A stretch of 64,000 nucleotides of DNA from Tubulanus polymorphus (GCF_964204645.1 NC_134029.1:2976001-3040000); one strand, 5' to 3'. Positions 14,151-31,764 are shown, numbered from the stretch's first letter. Notes: generated by a model not told the origin, from the sequence alone. Made by a program: numbers and translations.

Positions 14151-17100
14151 ATGAGTGAATGGAAAGGTGCTGTTATCAGGTTGACAACCGAAGACGCGAC
14201 CTTTGAAGGCACTGTCTTCAGTATAGATCTGAATGAAAGACGTGCCACGTTAAAAAATGGTAAGAAAGTGTAAAATCAAACCAGGGCAAAATTCAATGAA
14301 ACTTATAAACCGGGTAGGCCTAATGCGGAGTTCATATGTATTGATCCCAGCCATATCTGACGACAGTTGACCATTTACAGATCCACACTCGCACTGGTAG
14401 CAAAGTTCATTCTTCATCAGATTCTGATTCTACAGTAGTGTTTTTAAACTAACTAAGAGTTGAAGTCAGTTCATTTTCAATGAGTTAGGGCCTAAATCTT
14501 AACCGAGATCTGGAACATTAAGCAACCAATAGCTTGTCCAGTTCACAGATCAGCCTATCACTTCCACCATGTAGATTACGGTTTTCGGCAGAGAAAAGTC
14601 AGTAGTCAGCTACGTAAACCACAATTACTCAACATTCTCTTTCATTGCAGTTATTAACAAAAAAACGAATAAAGCGATACATGGACTGCAACATTACTAC
14701 GGCAATGAACTTGAACATTGTAAGTTATAGACCAATAACAGATAAAAAGATGGAAATATTGCCATCCAGTGGTTTGATTATAAAACTGTATTCTTTTTCG
14801 ATGTGTTGTTTACAGTGGAAATAATAGAAGAGGCCAAGAAAGAAAGTATTGTTGATACAAACATGAAGTGAGTAAAAACATCATTTATCCAAGTAAAAAT
14901 ACAAAGTGCATGGTTGAAAATAGTACTAAAAATTGTATTCTTGTGCGTGTACAGGTTTATGGAATGATATGGTGACCAGACAGTATTGTGTACTATTTCA
15001 ACTCATATCTGACTCTTACCAATCATTGATTTCTTTTTTTCAAAAATGATTATAATGTGTATATTTTATAGAAATGCACGAGGCCGACTGATGAGAAATG
15101 AACGAAAACCTAAACATCTTCGTAAATTAGAAGATTTGAACGATGATCACTTGTTAGCGAGCTATGCTAAAAAATCTGCAAGTAAGTGTTTTACTAATGT
15201 GCAATTACCGGTATATGAACTGATATCTGAATCCATTCACTATTTGCAAATTGCAGACACGAAGTACTGGAAGGCATTGGTTTCAATGCTTCATTCATAT
15301 GGGCAGATCTAGCGTCTGACTCCTGGAGCGGTGCACCCCCAAAATAGGGCATATCATTAGAATTGAAAGGGTTTCCTGACCCCTCTCCATGAAAATGTTC
15401 TTAGTAAAATATCAACTCACATTCAGAACTCATATATTAATAATTTTATTATTTTTAGGAATCAGTTTAATATTGTCGCGTAAAATTTCAGGGGGGGGGG
15501 GGCATTTTTATGGGGTATATACTCCCTGGATCCACCCCTGCCTCGTATGTGAACTGTATGTCATTTATTCTGTTTTTAAGGTTCTGATTACGAAGAAAAT
15601 TGTTACGAAAGCGGAGTTGAAAGTGGAGCTGATGATAGCTACCTCAGTCGAACTGGTGGACCTCTCTCTTACACTGTCATCGATAACTTCAATGATGGCA
15701 GTTTTCAAGCAATGGTAAAGAAGTTACTTCTCTTACTGCAGTAATTTGTAATTCTCGGAGAACCCCTACTACTAGAGTCTATCCACTTCAAAGTATCCCC
15801 ACCGTTACCAGTGCCTGCTATAAACTTTAATTTTCCCACTGTATTTCAATTTTTTAGGTGAATTACCTGAAAAACCAAACTAACATCGGATTTGCAGTTC
15901 AGGGTGTCAACATTGGTCGTTTTGGGGAACTCAGTCTGATTATGGTAGGCAGCATATTCAGAGAAATGATTCTACAAAAAAAAATTTGTAAATAATTCAT
16001 TATTATGCACTCTTCATTTTATAGTTTTCCACTAAAGAAAAAATGATTTTCTTCGATATTCTCAAATTGGGAACAGATGCCTTAACCAGCGGCATTGCTC
16101 AAATATTGGAAGATCAAAATATAAAAAAGGTACATTTATAATGATTTATCAATTAGAAAAATTCTCACTCAGAAAAAAGTTAATGAATAATCTTTAAACT
16201 AATAATCAAATGTGGCTGCTCTATTTTCAGGCTATACACAACTGCCGTATGTTATCAGACATGTTTTATCACCAGTATTCTGTGAGACTTAATAATGTAT
16301 TTGACACACAGGTAAACTGAACTTATTTACATATGGACCGATCTATGATATAATGTAAAGCTGGCTCCAGAAATCCTGATGATATCATCAAATATTTCAG
16401 GTTGCTGATGTAATAGTTAATAAACAGATAACTGGATTATTTCCTCGGTTTGTGAAGAGTTATTCGGAATGCGTTATGCAATATCTTCCAGTTCGTAATC
16501 AGGATATCTGTACGCCAAATATTAGAGCTGGTATTGAACAGGTTAGTTAGTGATGATAAAACTTACAACTAAATGTCGATCTAAAACGATGATCAATATT
16601 GATGGTTTCACAATTGGGTGGGCTGATTTCAGACCAGCATCCTGAGGTCAGCTGTGAAGTTAACTATAAGGCTGATGAGTTATGCCCCCTACTGCAGTTG
16701 TCTGTTGCTTAAGTCATTAGTGGTGATAATGGTTTTGATGTATTTTATAGGAAGATGAGAAAGTCTGGTTGCAGCGTCCACTCAATGATTTCCTACTGAA
16801 CGTAGCGTCGAAGAATGTAGTATATTTATGCGACCTGGCGTGTGTTTTAGATAAACGTCTGCTACAGGAATTTACATGCGGTGTTTCTCATTTCCTACAC
16901 GTCTGCACTGACGCTAAATCCGAAGATCTCGACCAGGTCTATCAAGTAATTAAACTATTATTAGCGCCTTATTACAATGTATCACATTATACATGCTGAA
17001 TTAAACATTCTCAGACATAAGCTAATTGACTCAATGTTGTTTTATATACAAATTAGTTTTTAAAGCATGCTTGAAATTATTAACACTGCAAGCCTGCCTA

Positions 17101-19180
17101 ATACAGCTGGGAACACCGTTCCAGTCAACAGGAGCTTCTTTTATCTTCTGCATTATGTACATAATTATAAATATGATCGATTTTTATCACATTACATCAT
17201 TTTGCTTTTCAATCCAGTTTTTCACTTTCAGAACATGCATTTGTTACCGAGTACATTTACCAAGTTCTGTAGTCCGATTAGTACAAAAAGGTCTCCGGCT
17301 TCGAGAGCAAACAATCGTCAATCTAGTCTGCCTGATAAGGATGATACTTACGATGGACTTCATGAGACTAGCAATGGTTTATCAGATCGTAGCATTCAAT
17401 TCAGTAAAGCTGGAATCTGGCATAAGAATATATTTGATAATGACAAATCACCGGGAGTAAAATTCGCCAGAGGTAAGAACATCTTATCATTTTTGTTTCA
17501 TGTTTAGCTTATGACATGTGTTTAAACTGAGGAAGTGATTCTTCAAAGTTTCTGTAAGAGATTGTCAAAAGCCATGCGTGCAATCTCAAAGTTGTAGCGA
17601 TATTAATTATCATTTAAAATCAACGTTGCAATCCTAATAAAGTGTGCATAGTATAGGAAAACCCCGAACTACTAGGAAAAACTGGGGCTGGCGAACTCAG
17701 TCCAGGTAAAGGATCAGAAAAATAAGATAAGAAAACCAAAACAAAATTTCGTGTACTGTACTCAGTTAAGGTTGGAACTGGTTCATCGACATCAAAGAAT
17801 CAGAACATATATATGTATAACTCGTAATCAACCAAATATGAAACCCGATTCTTGTATTTATTTCAGAACAATCAAAAACTGTATCGCCTTCGCAGAAATC
17901 TATCGATGGTCTGATTGAATTTCCGGTTCCTGTTGGCAAATCTCCGAAACACATTGTCAAGAAAAAATCCCACGGCAACAGATCATCGGATGAAGATAGT
18001 TCATCGTTTAACGTAGCTCAGTTAGCGAAACTGTCATCGCGACAACGTCCGGCCGGCTCTGAAACTCGAACTAAACAACTTACTAGTCCCGTTATTACAG
18101 ATGTAGTTACACCAAACAGAGAAATAGATGAGATTTCTATGGTAAGTACTGCATGGTCAACTAATAGAAACTACAATCCCTAGCATGCTATTAGTTGACC
18201 ATGCAGTACTTACCATAGAAATCTCATCTACCTTTTGTAAAACACTTTAAGCCTTGTCAACTCTATTAGCTATTCATCTGCGTTACCTTTTTCTTTTCGA
18301 TTAAGAGTTATTTTATTAAAAGGACAGTGTTCTTATTTTACTCAGCAGACTCATACTCATGTGCAAACGAACGAAACCAATGCCCGTCAGCCGAATGTAG
18401 TGAAAATATCCGAAAAACAAGTTCCACCAAAACATCAGTACGAGCACGTTTGTCGCCCTGATACCATGACATCTGCTAGATTAAGTGAAAGATACAAGTT
18501 TAAGGTAAGCAGAAAAATGGCTACTTAATATGATAGAAGATCAGAAATACCATTAAAAATGCAGTTATAATTGTTACTTTGTCAACTATCCACTGGTTAA
18601 ATCTTACAAACCTATGACTGAGGTTGGTTTGAGTTAACCTTAACAACTGGCCAAGGATACCTTGTTTGGTTGTGGGTACATGGTGTAGGGAAGTATGATA
18701 TTTAGTCAAAATTTATTGAATTAAATTTAATTTCAGGATGAGAAAGATGATGAGTGGGAATTGGACAATATGCAGTCGTCAGTAGTTGATACTAGTACTG
18801 AGTTTGATATGATTCCTTGTCACAGCAGTCATAAAAAAGACGACCCAAACAAGAAGAAAGAAATAGAAAATTTAGCTTCCAAAATCGGATCGTATTCATT
18901 TGAGGATGTGACTACAAGCCCGATACACGGGGTAGCTGGAAGAGGGGGTAAGATTGTGAAAGCAGAACAGCCTCAAACGCCCTCTATTGGCCATTCATTC
19001 GGGACTAGTATGCTGGGTCGAGGAGCTTTGTTCAGAAAAACTGTATCTCCGAAGGACAGTGATGGGTCGTTGAGTGCAGATGGACTTCGGAGTCCAGGAG
19101 GACTTGTTAGTAGTTCTCCAAAAATTATTGGAATTGGTCGAGGTGGCGTGTTTCTAAAACAGACACCGCTACAAAGCTAA
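14151..19180 (+). CDS. EXD1: piRNA biogenesis protein EXD1-like (N-terminal Lsm-like domain, inactive 3'-5' exonuclease domain, low-complexity C-terminus); about 14 exons
   Basis: Spliced exons give MSEWKGAVIRLTTEDATFEGTVFSIDL (Sm/Lsm-like), IGFAVQGVNIGRFGELSLI, FFDILKLG, LEDQNIKKAIHNCRMLSDMFYHQYSVRLNNVFDTQVAD and WLQRPL, typical of the EXD1/Egalitarian-type exonuclease fold. Stop TAA at 19178-19180. Confidence 0.85.
18125..18230. repeat. Perfect 43-bp inverted repeat with a 20-nt spacer, covering an EXD1 5' splice site
   Basis: 18125-18167 is the exact reverse complement of 18188-18230. Arm 1 contains ATG|GTAAGT. Confidence 0.95.
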
Positions 19181-21582
19181 TCTATGAATCTCAGGTATAA
19201 CCTAAAAGAATAGACTAATGATCTCCATTTATTTTCATTATCTGCACAACTCGGGCTGTTGTACTTTTTAGAAATGCTCTTTGTATAGATTTGTGTAATG
19301 TGAAATCATTCTTGATGAACGTTTTTGTGATTATGAGATATCACCTGGATATAGCTTTGTTTTCATACCGTAATTTACATATTTCATTCTAAGAAATTAA
19401 TTATGTGACACTTTTGTTGGCTTGCTTTGCTGATTAAATGTAAACAAAATAAATGTACATCAATTTTTGATGTTAAGTACATTTTTGTGAAGATTTTGAT
19501 TTCAATTCTGGTTTCTTCTTTCTTTCCTCACTCATCACTGGATCGTTTTTAGCACTTTTAATCTTTTGTCCAGCATTCAGGACCTCACTCCAGACATTTG
19601 GAGCTAAGGAGACGAGTACAAATACCAGACACATTAATCAGAAGTATGTGTTGGGTCACATCTTAGAAATAGTGACATCATGGTGCATGTCAAGAGCTCC
19701 GGACCGATGATAGTTTCAAATCCATGAAATGTAAGAAATACGACAAAACTTACAATGATGCATTCATATTTTAATGTTTTTGAATAAAAATAATATAAGG
19801 CTGAACACAGTAGAAAATAATAAACTACAGCTTAAGCTAAATTAATACAAAATGGGTTTCAATAAAAATATAGCGTTCAACCCAACTACATAATAATAAA
19901 GATACATATATCAAATAGGTTTGAGGGATGAAGATCAGTCTGGTCCAAAATAAGTGATTTCTGTAAGCTATGGTAAAAAGGATGTCACCAAATCATCGCA
20001 GCAAATATGAACACAAACTTATCATTTCAATTTTCTGTTTAACGGATGTGATGTGTACCGGAATTCAGAGAAACAAAGATCGCTAATCAGATGAGACAGA
20101 GTTACCAGTACAGCTCTAGATACAGTGTCCACCAGTTGGTAATATTATGTATCTCTAGTTATTATTGAGAGCTTTAATGTAGAAAATGTACTAATCCGCA
20201 GGAAGAAAAATATGGAAGAACAAGAGCACAGATTGATAATTGATAAAATAATAACATGCCAGTAAGAGAATTAACATTGACACAAAGGTTTTGATCGCAA
20301 AAAACTGCAGGCTCACACATCTACCCCATTGCATAATATTTGTGAAAAGGCCGAAGGTGTGACCTTCTAATAAGCTGTATATACTAGCTAGGCCAGCATT
20401 TAAAAGAATTCTATTCATATATGTTCATGATTTTAAATCTATAATTCGCAGTCAGCTGTCCACATATAGAAAAGCATCTTGGTAAATGACGAGTCTATTT
20501 CATAGCATGAAATCCAGCAAATTAATGAAATCTTAATGAATCCAGATCACTTATACGGCACATGAATTAATAGTTAAGTAGGTTTTATCAGAAATATATT
20601 CTAAAATCCCAGTTTTAACTGAAACTTTGCCACTACTGCAATTATAATTACTATCGTACTCAATTATAGATTTCACGTTCTATAAAACTCTCAAATTTAA
20701 CAAAAATAAACATTTAAGACTCTATAGAAAAATTAAATTTTTCCATCACTCATTATACACTAATATAAGTAGACGTAGGTAAGTATTTTCGTTACACAAA
20801 ATTCTGGTCAAAAGTCGATGAAATTAATATTAACATATATTTATTTATTCACCACCATAAGACAACAGTTATTGATCTGAAAATGATGAAAATATTTATA
20901 ATAAAACACCATAACTCATGTTTCATAGTTACATATTACTTGAATCTGGAGGAATATCCATTTCTTGAGGGGATCTATTCCCAGTTTGCCTATGAAACCA
21001 GGCCATTTTTACAGCAGGATATTCTTCATAGAAATGGTTTACAATTAGCTACAATAAGATTACAATGATATACAGTTTTTATTTTTTCATTTATTAATTC
21101 AACATTATTACGATCCTTTTATATTTATTGTTTTACCAATTGTTTTGGTATAATTTACATAAACAATGAAGTTATAGCTGTACTTTTTCAAAAGAACCAG
21201 CAGCGCTCCAGAAACAAACGAAGCCTGTATTTCGCTTTACAGAAAATGCCACGCATGTGCTGATCGTAAGCAGTTTTTGCCGATTACGAGAAACTCATTA
21301 GAAATTAATTTGTGGAGTTTCTTTTCGGAATTTAAAATGACATGATTTCTTTTAGAAGCAAATCACTGCCTCATAACAGTAATATGTATATAGCGCCAGT
21401 AAACACAGTAGAAAACTTTGAAGTGTCAAAAAGTCATACCGGTACTGAAGTAAAATGCGAGATTTTCCGATTGGTTTTTTTTTGGCTTTGGTTTTTTTCA
21501 TTGAAGGAGAGGAAGCTTAACGCGTTTAATATTCATTATCAAAATTCCAGCAACGACAGACGCGTAAATAATTACGAAATGC

Positions 21583-24121
<2,539 letters not shown>

Positions 24122-24139
24122 TCAGTCAACGGCTGCAGC

Positions 24140-25457
24140 TACAAAAAGAAAAGAAAATATTAAAGACCAACAATAAACAAATCGATAGGTGTGATAAATG
24201 AACTGAACCCAGTTGCAGTCGTTGGGGTAATTTTAGATTTTGTTAAAAACATTGCTAAACATTAGGTTAACTCTTAACTAACAACTTTTTGAGTAAATGA
24301 TGATGAATTGCATTTATTCAAGGCCACCTTCGGTCATCTGAGTTAGTTGACTATAGTCAACACAAACGAAACCGAATGAAAGTCCGTTAGTCGGAACTAT
24401 ATTCCGGAAATAGTTCGAAAATCAAGCGCATTTGGTTATTAGTTCCGACTAGATACGAAAACAGAATTTGTCCCAGGCAGTTGTAGTGAGTTGGCAAAGA
24501 AAGGGGCCCTCTCATGGGTTCCGTAGTAGAGTTGTAGGCCCCGCTCCCATGCTCCAGACTCAAGACATCACACCGCTAAATAAGTACCAAATAAGTTTTA
24601 TCAACCAGACCCTCCCTTCCATAACAGTGTGTCAGTGTCTTTAAGTCCAGTCACACAATGAGTCAGTCTCCAAGACTTTCTTATGTTTGATGAATTAGTC
24701 ATCAATACGAGGAACCTATTTCTTTTTCGTGTGTGGTGCAGAAAAAAGATGACTGGATTTCAGCCCCCGTTTACGGCTTTAAAATTACACGATTCGTGCT
24801 TTAAACCGACTCAATTTCATCCCGGATATTTCTAGATGTAACGTAAATAAAGTTCACCTTTAATCAGGAGGCGGGAAAGTGTAAATTACAGCAGCATTCC
24901 GCAGTGAAATCTATAGAAATTGAACATAAAAATCCTACTTCACTGGCGACAGTAAGTCCCATTAACCGCGTCACACACTACTATATACTGATCCGCTAAA
25001 ATAGTTTCCCGGTTTATCGGTAAATATCAAACAGCAGGCCGTTGTAATAACTTAGTCCTTCTAAAGCCACGATATGAAATAGATTAGGGTCATATTACAT
25101 TTCTTCCCATGATTATATTCAGAAAAAAAGGTTTTTCACTTCATGAGCGTAGTGATATAACCTAGATATTTAGGAATTCCGGGTTTTTTCCTCATGACGT
25201 CATCTATTGACCCTGGATGATTAAATGGGATTCGAACCCGAGTTGCGTTGTATTCTTTACGCTCAAAAAGTGAAAAGTGGTGTCGGATATTTATTATAGC
25301 TACAGTCAACATCGTTGTGATTGCGGTTACGGCACGTATCTCAAGGTAGCCGAGCGCACATACAGATTCGATTCAAATCTGAAATTTTGATCTCTCGCAC
25401 TATGATAAATAACCAAAATATCTTTCACTGATTGATCACCGATAGAAAGAGGGAAGA
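24140..25457. promoter_or_regulatory. Probable divergent promoter region shared by Smad1/5/8 and GSTCD (includes a Smad 5' UTR intron)
   Basis: Head-to-head arrangement. A minus-strand acceptor near 24140 upstream of the Smad ATG implies a non-coding first exon closer to GSTCD. Confidence 0.5.
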
Positions 25458-28400
25458 ATGGATGACATAAAATTCTATCTATCCGCAAACGTAAATCAAA
25501 TTGAAAAAACATTTACTTGTTCTCCTGAAACTCGGATAACTCTTTTCTGCGTATACTTTTGTCGCCTTGAACGCGATGTCAGCATTGAATTTATATCGCG
25601 TCCGAAACAACAAGAACAAGCAGATTCTTGCATCCTCAGTCTGAACGTAATCGAACTATTAACGAACAAGAGTTTCAAACAGGAGAAAAGTGATGTACGT
25701 TTCGTGAACTGGTGTAAACTGCCTTGCGCGATAAACCGAACTGACGGATTGATCTATTCGGGTCTTTGTAATATCTTGCGTTTGTTGGTTTTGATCGCGA
25801 AGAATTCGCAGTCCAGCAGTGATTCATCCGTTTTGGATCACGTACTCGGGCACAAAGATAACTGTTTAAAAGCTTGTGAACACGTGTCTCCCTGGACGAC
25901 ATTTTGCGAATCAAAAATACCGACACTGATCCGAGAAGTCGATCTTAGAAATAGATGCGATAAAGTGACAGTCGAAGAGTTGTGTATTCCCAGTCAACTG
26001 TTATCATTTGAGGATAATTTCTACAGTCATTTATCAATTCCTAATCATAATAAGATACTAATGAAAATGAAAAAGCGTGGTTTAATCGATGAATCATGCG
26101 TCTCTGTTCCGCATTATTTCGCCGAATCGGCAGAAATGATGTTGACTGATATCATTCTGTTTCCTTGTATACACCTGTATTTAGTAAGTAGGTTTGCGAG
26201 ACTTTCAACTATGTACAGTCCAACCTCTAATGAACTTGGATTTAACCAACTTAGAATTACATTCTCTATTTCAGACTAGATACAAAAACTACTTAAGCAG
26301 TTTCCGCGTTCACCTACCCAAAGTATTTGAATGGTACACAAGGATGTGTAATATAAAGAGGGTTAATCAAGCCAGTATATTTATGGATTATAAACTATTG
26401 GATCTGGCTTCTGTCAAGAACGCGTTCAGTTGTGATTCAGTTTCTCTTGAAATTCATAGAGATGTTTTGACCAAAAGATATCGGTGAGTAAATACATTGA
26501 CAATTGACTAGTGGATATTTATAATTCAAATAAGAGAGTTGTGGCTTTTTGACGATTCTCTGAAGCATTTTCTTTCTTTTAATCCATAATTGTGTTATTT
26601 TTTCAATGGATGATGTTGAGTTCTGAATTCACCGGAAAATTTCATTCTTTCAGAGAGAAAATTAATGAACGTTGGAAGTTGAAGGAAGATGATGTTAAAC
26701 CAAGTTTACAATGTTTAGAGGTAACGTATTTATGAACACATTGTAAGTGATGATTGAGTCATTTGGACGGACAGCAATTCCAATGGATGCGACACTGGTT
26801 TGGATTATGTATTTCAGAATGCCAAAATCGAAGCTAAAATAGTTGATCATCCGAGAAGTTTGAATGATGGTTATAGATTAGACTGGTTATCTCTACCTCA
26901 TTGCGCGCATCCCACATCGGGAGGACTTCCTGTGAATCGTGTCGATAGAAAATGTCAACAAATTGAAAACTTGGCGACTGCAATTCAACACATCGCAAAA
27001 CCCGGAGATACTATTGTTGATTTTTGTTCAGGTGGAGTAAGTATCAGAGGAAAAACATTCTCGAAGAAATCATTAATTGGTTATTGTTAGCGGTCTCGGC
27101 AGGAAGGGGTGACATGCACTCTTTTCTCTCGTTAGTGCTCTATACTCTTCAAATTATGTGTATTTTCCATTAAAATAAGTAGGTAAATGGAAAATTCAAT
27201 ATTTATTTCATGTAAAAGCGGGATGATTACATTAATTAAGGTGCTATGTGCTAGGTCCACTGATAACACCTATCGAAAATAAAGTTTTTCATTCTTCCTA
27301 TATGGTCACCATGGCGGATATTTTGGCTTTCTTGTTAGTACATTACACATGACACGCCGAGTTGACATACGTGGTGTTTCACTGCTTTCTATTTATGATT
27401 GTTTTAATGGTACTTTCTAACAGGGTCATCTTGGAGTAGTTCTCGCTTATTTGTTACCTGAATGTCATGTGATAATGATTGAAAACAAGGAAGAATCAGT
27501 TTCGAGAGCGAATAAACGTATTTTAGAACTCGGACTAAAGAATGCCACACAATATCAGGTAATGGTTTATCGACATTATTCAGGAATTTGATGAATTTAT
27601 GTTCATTTGATCGTGCTTTCTATTTAGTGTAACATGGAATATTACAATGGACCGTTTGATATCGGTGTTTGTCTACATGCCTGTGGTGTAGCTACCGACA
27701 TGGTGTTCGAACAGTGTAGAAAAAACAAAGCTTCATTCGTTATTTGTCCGTGTTGTTACGGGGGAATAAAAAAAGTTGGTAATATCGAGTATCCAAGGAG
27801 TGATACCGTGAAAAATGCCGGCATCAAGCAGGATGTAAGTATCCCTTCTTTTTGTAGAATAATGAAGTGTTGAAATCTCTGAATAACCATTGATGAAACA
27901 CATGATAATCTAAGATGAAATCCTTCAATACAAAAGAAAGACTACGGTTGTCCGAAAAGTTTCCATAAGCTAATTATGTTATTCAACATCATGGCTATAT
28001 CCTTATACCGGTAATCTTAAAAAGATGGCTATTAGGATATACTGATAGTTGAACGGCTGACTCAAATATTAGCTCACGGAAAATTTTCATTCTCAGTTTT
28101 CTTTCGTTTTGTAGTATGTTATCATATCACTAAATTTGCTGCTGTTGTTAAAGATGTTTATTCTATGTTTTAGGAATTGATAGTTCTTGGTCATGTTGCA
28201 GATCAAACTCAGGTCGATATTCCGCAGTATGAATTAGGTATGTGCCTCACTGCTCCTGTCAGATGACGTTATTCATATATAGCCCTCTTCCGCACACTAT
28301 TATCCGATATATTCCTATTTTCAGGTGAGAAATGTATGGGATTGATAGATACAGATCGAGCGTTGTTTGCAGAGGAAAATAATTATGCGGTCAGTTTATG

Positions 28401-28470
28401 TAAACTGAAACCCACAACGTGTACAACGAAAAACAATCTATTAATCGGAATTTATAACGATAGACATTAA
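25458..28470 (+). CDS. GSTCD: GST C-terminal domain-containing protein with a SAM-dependent methyltransferase domain; about 8 exons
   Basis: N-terminal GST-like region (SGLCNILR, LGHKDNCLKACEHVSPWTTFCE), then RKCQQIENL, IVDFCSGG|GHLG, FDIGVCLHACGVATD, CPCCYG and TTKNNLLIG. TAA at 28468-28470. Confidence 0.92.
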
Positions 28471-31400
28471 AATTAGTGAATTTTTGATAGAATGATTTTA
28501 GAATGTATTTTATCTGGTGTATTATCATTGTCTTCTTTGTGCCCTATTTATGGAAATAAATCATTCAATAATCTATTCTTGTATCAAAAATTTTTCTGTA
28601 CTTCTTATTTCATTGTCTGTGTAATTTTCACCTGCATTATTGTATGATGCTGCCTGTGGAGGATGTCGTCAAGAGGATGAGGAGGAAATGAGCTAATAAA
28701 CACTAGATTACTGAGCCACACTAGATTAACATAGTCACGTCATTGAAGTTTTCACTATTTCCGAGTCCAAAATTTCAATAAAATTAACTAAGCAAGAGTC
28801 ATCAACACAATGAGGCTCCCAGCTATAACGACTTAAGCGAGTCACTTTCTAAGCTCCACGAATTTTCTAAAAATGGTTGTAATCACTTCTCGCACACTGT
28901 GGATATAATCGTCTCCCGTATGAATGTATCTTTGTGTTAAGGCTCCATCTTCTGAGACAGAAGAAAATGCCTTTGATTATAAATCCTGCAGCACTGACAC
29001 CAAGAAACAACAATATACATACATAGGAATGTTTATTTCTAAAAATAACATTTTCTGTACAACTCCATCATTTTTATACATTTTAAATATCATTTGCATA
29101 TTTCACTCAATGGTTTCTGTACATTTCTATTGCGGACACAGCAGGAAAAAATATCGAAAATGATTCTTTCTTTCCTACGGATCAGTATTATCATCGAGTT
29201 TCCGTAATTATGTTACAGTTTTATGACGTGTGTGTCTCAAAATGATGCGGTTCTGGAATTCAAAATACGTCGAACAAGCCTAAGCCTACATACATATGAT
29301 TGGCCCGGTGCCATTTGCTCAAAAGTTGATCTAAGTGTTAACAATGCAGGCATTATGTCAGTTATCAATGGTTCAATTTAGCCAGCTTTTGAGCACCTGA
29401 CCCCTGATTTCATTTCAGAAACCATCCTATAATTCTTAATCCCTTCCGGACCATTTTCTGTATTCAGTCAGTATTCGGTCGGCTTCAATTCACTTTAACC
29501 TACTTCAACCTAGCTAGGTGGGATTAACATTTCAATATCACATAATTAAATACACTACAACATGTCTCCTACAATCATCATCATAAAGCGTCGCACTTTC
29601 GTTTCGATTTGATTCAAAAATCTAAAATAAATGCTTTAGCCTAAAAAAATCAAATAGGCTTACCCGGTATACAGAGAATAAAAATATAATTCCTATGGGA
29701 CAGCCACAAATGATATACAAGTTTAGAACAGATCTATCAGTTACTGGTTCATACGCCAGTGTCATACGCACACCGGTTGTGTTGACATTTACTAAATTTA
29801 TTTTTAAATTAAAGCTATATTTTTGCCATGTATGAAAAATTATAGCGACCTCATAAACCCCCGCCCGGTACCCCTTATTGAATAAACACGAACAAATGCG
29901 ACATAAATGCTTAGTAAAAGCTATATGAGCTCGGTGAAAACTCATCAAGTTGGATTTGTAGTTTAGCAGTTCAATCATTTTGTTGTCAATGATGAAACTT
30001 TTCAGTATAATTCTATGATGAAGTTTTTATTGCTGCTCAGAGATTAAGAGCCACAAAATTATTATTACTAGAAGAACTAAATCTATCTATAAATGCGTTT
30101 TTCCGATAATAAGAGAATTTACTATGAAAACTGATAATGAAATGAGTCCGAAAATCAGTTGGAAAGTACCACCGGTATTACTTATAGGACCTAAATTTCC
30201 ACTGCTGTTAATTTCTCGTGTTCATTTCCAATTATTTCACTCTATCTAGCAGTCACAACCACTGTAGAATTGGGACATGAATATACAATTGAAATCTGAT
30301 AAACCTAAACTCTGATGACTATTACTCAAGGACAACAAACATATGTGGTCCCAATTCACGCGAGCAGATTTATATTCAGTTAGTGTATGCGTTTTACCGG
30401 GAGTTAGAAAAATATTCGCTAAAACCTGTTCATTTCCGTATAAAAATAAACGTTTTTACATCATCATAGATTCTGCAGTTAACCCCGACCCCTGTTTTCG
30501 AAGCCTTATTTTCCACTCTACAGCAATTTCTCTCAGCTTTACGATCAAAACTAAAGCTAATAATACACAGTCCATTCCAGTAACGAAACCAATTGATGAG
30601 AACACTGTTTACTACGATAACATTGTGATATGTATGGAATCATTGGAAATATGCAAATTTGATATCTATTCATGAAGGCAGCAGTACATTATTAGTGATA
30701 CAAACTCTCTCCAAACTGCACCTTTTTAACTACTACAACACTTGCCACCACTAACATACTGCCGACCGATGATCATGATATTTGTAACTTTTTGAGGAAT
30801 TTTTTTAATCGTATTTTCCTCGTTTTTCATTATTTTAATTATAAAATCCGAACCATTCTGCCGCTACTCAAGCAGGTTCGCGGAAATAACGTTCCCTCCG
30901 CACGCCCCGCCCCCTCAGTCAAAAACCTCGTACGTTAATGATATCAATATATGTTCGTACAGAAGCCGTTTTGACAGCCGCGCGCAAAAGTCTCGTTTAA
31001 AAATATACAATGCATACGAATAAATACTGGTTGCTTTTTTTACAAAACAAAAAAAAAATTCTCATATATAATAATAATAAACAACAATGTCTTTCTTATT
31101 ATTTTATGTACACAGGTTTTTTTAAACAAATCTCTTTCAAACGAGCAACATATAACAATTGCCGATTGTTTAATTCGTCTTTTACTACCGACTTCCCGAT
31201 AACAGTACTCATTTATCATCCTTTCTTTCTTTAGAACAGTTTTTAACCCAGAGATACTAGCGAGTGAACTATTTCAAATACCCCACCAGCGCGAGACTAA
31301 CCTGCGTAAACTGATCTGAAGCCAGTTGCACGAAAAACAGTTTCGACTCTTCGATCAAATTAATTTCTTCATCAAATTCAGTTCATCTCAAATCGCTTTA

Positions 31401-31764
31401 GGAGTTAATCGTGAAACGGGTCCTGTCTTTAAAAAAATCTATACAATCGCTTTACTATATCGTATGAAAACGAACCACAATTTCAGAAACCAGTATTTTC
31501 GAAGTAAAACTGCAGGGTTTTGATTGACCTCAACTAGTATTCAGAGACCATCGTTATAAAATACAAATCATTATACTTACTCATCGTAATAATAATAATT
31601 GTCAAAAAATACCGATATTTTTTCCAGCGCCAGCATCGACGACATCGTAGCGTTCAAAATATATAAAACGATTATTCTTCATCAGACACGATGACGAGAA
31701 TCAACAGATACAACAATAAGTTCAGTTCTTACCGCCGCGCGCCACAACGCGCATCGTCAATTCG

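Noticed and set aside
18168-18188. Hairpin spacer resembles the ACTACAnnTCCCAnnATGC ZNF143/THAP11 motif
   Set aside because: Imperfect match, intronic and far from a promoter; no support for function.
25227-25239. GGGTTCGAATCCC (tRNA T-loop/B-box) on the minus strand
   Set aside because: No A-box or cloverleaf could be built; at most a SINE remnant or isolated B-box.
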